This document shows positions 28,020 to 32,000 of a DNA stretch of 32,000 nucleotides, one piece after another. The position numbers were made by a program, and so were the translations under genes. The stretch comes from Acaryochloris marina S15 (GTDB lineage: Bacteria; Cyanobacteriota; Cyanobacteriia; Thermosynechococcales; Thermosynechococcaceae): positions 780,001-812,000 of the forward strand of contig NZ_CP064923.1 of assembly GCF_018336915.1 (NCBI RefSeq), given 5' to 3'. Each line of letters starts with the position of its first letter. Position 1 is the first letter of the stretch. The notes under the pieces are model-generated. The model saw only the letters and a list, made by a program, of their open reading frames with translations, had not been told where the DNA came from and searched no databases.

Positions 28020-29108
28020 ATGCCTCCCTTTGCTGGAATTTTCATCATGATCGGTATTCTAGGGCTGCTGATTGCTGTCCATGAATTGGGTCACTTCCTT
28101 GCTGCGAGACTGCAAGGAATCCATGTAAACCGCTTTTCTATTGGCTTTGGTCCGATTTTATGGAAATACCAGGGTGAGCAAACTGAGTATGCCTTGCGGA
28201 GTATTCCTCTTGGCGGTTATGTCGGATTCCCGGATGAAGATCCCGAGAGTTCTATCCCCCTGACTGATCCAGACTTGATGCGCAATCGGCCTGTTTTGGA
28301 TCGGGCCATTGTCATCAGTGCTGGGGTCATTGCCAACATGATTTTGGCCTATGTGTTGCTGGTTGCAGAAGTTGGCATCGTCGGCGTTCCCGGTGGTGTT
28401 CAGTACCAACCAGGGGTGTTGATTGCTCAAGTGGCAACGGATGTGAGTTCCGCTGCTGCTAATGCAGGTATCCAATCGAGAGATATCGTCCTTGCGGTTG
28501 ATGGACAGACCCTAGGCCAAGCAGAGGCCGCTCGGGATTCCCTGATGAAATCCATCCAAAATAATGAGGGCCAGCCCATTCAACTGCATATTAAACGGCA
28601 AGATCAAGAGATAGATATCAACATTATTCCTGAACGAACGGACGAGGGCCTAGCTCGCATTGGAGTTCAGCTCGCTCCTAATGGCCGTCTAGTGCGCCGT
28701 CCTATCCAACATGTAGGCGAATTATTTGGTACTGCAGCCCAAGAGTTTCAGAAAATAGTGGGCTTTATGGCTCATACCCTCGGCGAACTGGTGGGCAATT
28801 TTAGAGAGTCTGCCAGCCAAGTTGCGGGTCCTGTGGGTATTGTTGCCATTGGTGCCGATATGGCTCGTACCGATATGAGCAGCCTATTTCAATTTGCAGC
28901 GGTCATCAGCGTTAACTTGGCCTTTATCAATATCCTGCCTCTACCGGCTTTAGATGGGGGGCAATTGGCTTTCTTACTGCTGGAAGGGGTTCGAGGTAAA
29001 CCGTTACCCAATAAGATTCAAGAAGGCGTTATGCAGGTTAGCCTTTTCCTCTTGCTAGGGCTTGGGGTGTTTATGATTGTGCTGGATACCGCCAAACTGA
29101 TGACTTAG
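28020..29108 (+). CDS. RIP metalloprotease RseP-like (site-2 protease, peptidase M50)
   Basis: HELGH (HExxH) in the first TM segment, a central PDZ-like segment, the second M50 motif FINILPLPALDGG, and a C-terminal TM segment. An alternative start is ATG 28047. Confidence 0.9.
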   Translation: MPPFAGIFIMIGILGLLIAVHELGHFLAARLQGIHVNRFSIGFGPILWKYQGEQTEYALRSIPLGGYVGFPDEDPESSIPLTDPDLMRNRPVLDRAIVISAGVIANMILAYVLLVAEVGIVGVPGGVQYQPGVLIAQVATDVSSAAANAGIQSRDIVLAVDGQTLGQAEAARDSLMKSIQNNEGQPIQLHIKRQDQEIDINIIPERTDEGLARIGVQLAPNGRLVRRPIQHVGELFGTAAQEFQKIVGFMAHTLGELVGNFRESASQVAGPVGIVAIGADMARTDMSSLFQFAAVISVNLAFINILPLPALDGGQLAFLLLEGVRGKPLPNKIQEGVMQVSLFLLLGLGVFMIVLDTAKLMT

Positions 29109-29111
29109 GCT

Positions 29112-29783
29112 ATGCCTCGCAATTCTGCTAAAAAAATAAAGGCATTAGAATTACTCGATCGCCTCAAACAACTCTATCCGGATGCCACCTGTAGTTTGAC
29201 CTATGAAACACCGGTTCAACTACTGGTAGCTACGATTCTGTCGGCTCAGTGTACGGATGAGCGGGTGAATCAGGTTACCCCAGCACTCTTTGATGCCTAC
29301 CCAGATGCCCCTGCCTTCGCCGAAGCGGATCGGGAAGCATTAGAAGCGCTGATTCGCTCAACGGGGTTTTACCGCAACAAAGCCAAGCATATCCAAGGGG
29401 CTTGCCAGAAGATTGTCAGGGATTTTGATGGCCAAGTGCCGAATCAAATGGATCTATTGCTGACCCTGCCAGGGGTTGCCCGTAAAACTGCTAATGTCGT
29501 CTTAGCCCATGGTTATGGCATCAATATGGGGGTAACCGTAGATACCCATGTCAAGCGCTTAAGCAATCGCTTGGGGCTGACCCGCCATCAAGATCCCGTC
29601 AAAATTGAGCAGGATTTGATGAAGCTTTTACCTCAAGAAGACTGGGAAAACTGGTCGATTCGTCTGATTTATCATGGTCGGGCCGTTTGTAATGCGCGGA
29701 AACCCACTTGCGATCGCTGTTCCTTTACCGATCTCTGTCCGTCTGCAGGTAAGGTCACCCCAGCCCGTTCCTCCAAAAAGTAA
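29112..29783 (+). CDS. nth: Endonuclease III (DNA-(apurinic/apyrimidinic site) lyase)
   Basis: 223 aa. HhH-GPD region LPGVARKTANVVL...VDTHV, and the [4Fe-4S] motif CNARKPTCDRCSFTDLC (C-x6-C-x2-C-x5-C). It starts 3 nt after the protease stop. Confidence 0.95.
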   Translation: MPRNSAKKIKALELLDRLKQLYPDATCSLTYETPVQLLVATILSAQCTDERVNQVTPALFDAYPDAPAFAEADREALEALIRSTGFYRNKAKHIQGACQKIVRDFDGQVPNQMDLLLTLPGVARKTANVVLAHGYGINMGVTVDTHVKRLSNRLGLTRHQDPVKIEQDLMKLLPQEDWENWSIRLIYHGRAVCNARKPTCDRCSFTDLCPSAGKVTPARSSKK

Positions 29784-29865
29784 TTGAAATCTTTCGGCAA
29801 AAAGGACAAGATTCGTTAAGATAGAAAATACTGTTTAAATTTTTGATTGGACATCCCACAACTTC

Positions 29866-30168
29866 ATGGCTAAAAAAGGCATGGTTGAGCGAGAGAAAAA
29901 GCGACAAAAGCTAGTCGCTAAATACGCTCACAAGCGCCAAGCGCTACTCGAACAAATTTCTCAAGCTGCCTCTCAGCAAGAGCGGATGGATTTGCACCGT
30001 CAGCTTCAACGTCTACCTCGGAATAGCGCGCCAACCCGCTTGCGCAATCGTTGCTGGGTAACTGGACGCTCTCGGGGCTACTATCGAGATTTCGGCTTAT
30101 CTCGACATGTATTGCGAGAAATGGCCCACGAAGGTTTATTGCCAGGCGTTACCAAGTCCAGCTGGTAA
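29866..30168 (+). CDS. rpsN: 30S ribosomal protein S14
   Basis: 100 aa. [20 protein letters not shown]... and the C-terminus [41 protein letters not shown] are typical of long-form S14. Confidence 0.95.
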   Translation: MAKKGMVEREKKRQKLVAKYAHKRQALLEQISQAASQQERMDLHRQLQRLPRNSAPTRLRNRCWVTGRSRGYYRDFGLSRHVLREMAHEGLLPGVTKSSW

Positions 30169-30212
30169 AAAGCAACGCGCTACCCAGCGTTTCATTGGTA
30201 ACGATTAAGCAA

Positions 30213-30250
30213 CAGCTTCTCTGAAGTTAATAAGAGAAGCTGCTTTCGCT
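30213..30250 (+). terminator. Candidate terminator hairpin after rpsN
   Basis: Perfect 10-bp stem cagcttctct (30213-30222) / agagaagctg (30233-30242), 10-nt loop, followed by ctttcgct (a weak U-tract). Confidence 0.4.
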
Positions 30251-30314
30251 TGTCTAAATTTAGGATGATAGATGGCAGGCAATACCGTCTAGTCTGACTA
30301 AAGAACTCTAACGA

Positions 30315-30647
30315 TTATGATTGTCCGCAGCAGGTATCAATGCCTAAACTATTGAGTAGCAAGTCGCTCACCGCATTGGCAACTGCAAATTCGCTATAAA
30401 AGCTTTTAGAGAAATCAAATCCTTGCATTTCAGTCAAAATCGCGATTAGCAAGGAGCCCAAATCATTTTCGCCTTCCATCCGTTGTCGTAAGTAAACAGA
30501 GGCAGCTCGCTCGGCGATTTTATTGTTAACGACTTCAGGCAAGAACTCCCGATCGAGCCATGCATGCAGTGCTTGCCGTAACCATTGGGCTTCTTGTTCG
30601 GGACTGCTACAAGGCGGTAGGGTTACAGCTGGGATAGGCTCAATCAT
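30315..30647 (-). CDS. Hypothetical protein (110 aa)
   Basis: ATG-started ORF with a soluble helical composition, ending in ...GIDTCCGQS. I recognise no family. Confidence 0.5.
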   Translation of the reverse strand: MIEPIPAVTLPPCSSPEQEAQWLRQALHAWLDREFLPEVVNNKIAERAASVYLRQRMEGENDLGSLLIAILTEMQGFDFSKSFYSEFAVANAVSDLLLNSLGIDTCCGQS

Positions 30648-30695
30648 GATGGTTGACTAATTGCTTCTTGTATTTAATATAAGCAATTTTTCCCA

Positions 30696-31340
30696 CTATG
30701 AAGCAGAAGTGTGCAAATGGGAGCGACCATTTTGAACGACGCGGGTCATATGTCCTAATCGATCCTCTAATTCTTTGAGAACCTGCTCTGTATATCGATC
30801 AGCTTCCATTTGAATTTGCTCACATTCAGCGTGGGCCGCGTGGCGCATGGCCTCAATCTCTTGTTGAGTTTGGCGTCTAACCCGCTCTACTTCTGAAATA
30901 TTACGCTGGCGCATGGTCTCAATTTCCCCTTGCACTTGCTTACGCAAATGTTGAGCTTCCATTTCAGCCTGCTGAATAATCGTAAGTTCATCCGCAATTT
31001 GGGCGGCGCGCTGTTCGGCTGACTGGATCAGTTCTTCCGCATATTGGTTAGCCCGATTGATAATATCTTCTTTATTTTGCAAGATATTTTCTGCGGATCG
31101 AATCGTATCCGGGATGCTTCTCTCTACGGCTAATAGCTGTGACAAGAGTTGTTCTTCATCCACCACCGTACGACGAGTTAACGGCATTTTTAAGCCGTCC
31201 AGGACAATAATTTCTTCTAATCGTTGCAGCTGCTGCTGCAACTCTAATCCTTGAGATTGATGAGCCGCTAGTCCGTGGGTGGTGTAATCGGTGCCGTTGG
31301 CGGTGGTATCGACACTGAAGGCGGAGTCTTGGTGAAGCAT
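30696..31340 (-). CDS. Coiled-coil protein, DivIVA-domain-like (possibly Cdv3-like)
   Basis: [32 protein letters not shown]... followed by a long Glu/Gln/Ala/Arg-rich coiled coil resembles cyanobacterial DivIVA-domain proteins (recollection). The ATG at 31340 overlaps coaD by 73 nt. An in-frame TTG at 31241 would avoid the overlap. Confidence 0.55.
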   Translation of the reverse strand: MLHQDSAFSVDTTANGTDYTTHGLAAHQSQGLELQQQLQRLEEIIVLDGLKMPLTRRTVVDEEQLLSQLLAVERSIPDTIRSAENILQNKEDIINRANQYAEELIQSAEQRAAQIADELTIIQQAEMEAQHLRKQVQGEIETMRQRNISEVERVRRQTQQEIEAMRHAAHAECEQIQMEADRYTEQVLKELEDRLGHMTRVVQNGRSHLHTSAS

Positions 31341-31801
31341 TCTTCTAACTCAATGGCAACGTTTTCAGGAACAAGATGAGCAACTGATCCACCAAACTTA
31401 GCAATCTCTTTGACTAAGCTACTGCTGAGAAAACTATATTCGTTGGAGGTGGCCAGAAACACGGTTTCGATATGGGGAGATAAGGTGTGGTTGGTATGAG
31501 CCATTTGCAGCTCATACTCGAAATCGGATAACGCTCTCAGACCCCGCAATAACACCTGAGCTTTCCGCTTTTGCGTATAAGTCACTGTTAGTGTATCAAA
31601 TGTGTCAAGCTCTAAATTGTTAAGGTGCTGGGTACAGGTTTGAATTTGCTGAAGGCGTTGTTGAACCGAAAACAAAGGTGCTTTGTTGGGATTGCGAGCT
31701 ACGGCAACAATGACTGATCCAAACAAGTTGCATCCTCGCTCAATAATGTCGAGATGCCCTAAAGTAATGGGGTCAAAACTGCCAGGATAGACTGCAATCA
31801 T
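31268..31801 (-). CDS. coaD: Pantetheine-phosphate adenylyltransferase
   Basis: [23 protein letters not shown] (nucleotidyltransferase T/HxGH motif) and ...[13 protein letters not shown]. At 177 aa it is about 18 aa longer than typical, because of a Pro-rich C-terminal tail. Confidence 0.95.
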   Translation of the reverse strand: MIAVYPGSFDPITLGHLDIIERGCNLFGSVIVAVARNPNKAPLFSVQQRLQQIQTCTQHLNNLELDTFDTLTVTYTQKRKAQVLLRGLRALSDFEYELQMAHTNHTLSPHIETVFLATSNEYSFLSSSLVKEIAKFGGSVAHLVPENVAIELEECFTKTPPSVSIPPPTAPITPPTD

Positions 31802-32000
31802 ATTTTGGGTGTTTGGTTGAGGCGATTATAGTCTAATCTCTCCAACTTTGAGATCCTAAAAACAAAAAAGATGCTAATGTTTTTTTTCATTTGCTTCTGA
31901 TTAATCTAGAGACTTGTGGGTCTCTAGTCCTTGCTATTCTCTCTCCGTATTCTTTGAGTCTATTTTTTTAGTTAGAAAGCTTCTGGATCATGCCCCTGCA

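Noticed and set aside
1-32000. CRISPR arrays, IS elements, long direct or inverted repeats, rRNA
   Set aside because: Scanning by eye found no regularly spaced repeats longer than about 20 nt, no transposase- or integrase-like ORFs and no rRNA-like sequence. Only short repeats are reported above.

Overview
This reads as a cyanobacterial chromosomal window of core-genome character. It holds about 30 protein genes and two tRNAs. I saw no transposase, integrase, CRISPR array or rRNA. Content that supports the taxonomic call: the alkane-pathway pair ado (3328-4023) and aar (4294-5319); the circadian output regulator rpaA (12170-12931); and nine copies of the cyanobacterial HIP1 octamer GCGATCGC. 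A chemotaxis-like motility operon lies on the minus strand: CheY-like 22221-22586, CheW 21687-22214, TPR-MCP 18965-21493 and hybrid Hpt-CheA-CheW-REC 15731-18901. A coiled-coil hmpF-like gene (23143-24807) diverges from it. Other genes: a partial Ser/Thr kinase at the left edge (missed by the ORF track), a PadR regulator, a RuvX/YqgF-like protein, an LptF/G-type permease, a SAM methyltransferase, a HAD hydrolase, a MAPEG protein, a Ski2-like helicase, a family-4 UDG, a GIY-YIG-like protein, an M50 site-2 protease, nth, rpsN, coaD, a DivIVA-like protein and tRNA-Ser(UGA)/tRNA-Gln(UUG). Items most worth a second look: (i) the histidine kinase 26297-27766, which has a canonical H-box but degenerate ATP-binding motifs; (ii) the GIY-YIG-like gene in tandem with the family-4 UDG; (iii) a Met-rich protein with a C-terminal zinc ribbon (7840-8370); (iv) two ORF-free divergent intergenic regions of about 0.9 kb (901-1812 and 11209-12169), the second upstream of rpaA; (v) structured repeats in the divergent hmp promoter region, and the absence of a PatA-type regulator there. 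I found no convincing defence island or wholly new multi-gene system. All calls come from reading motifs by eye; no searches were run.
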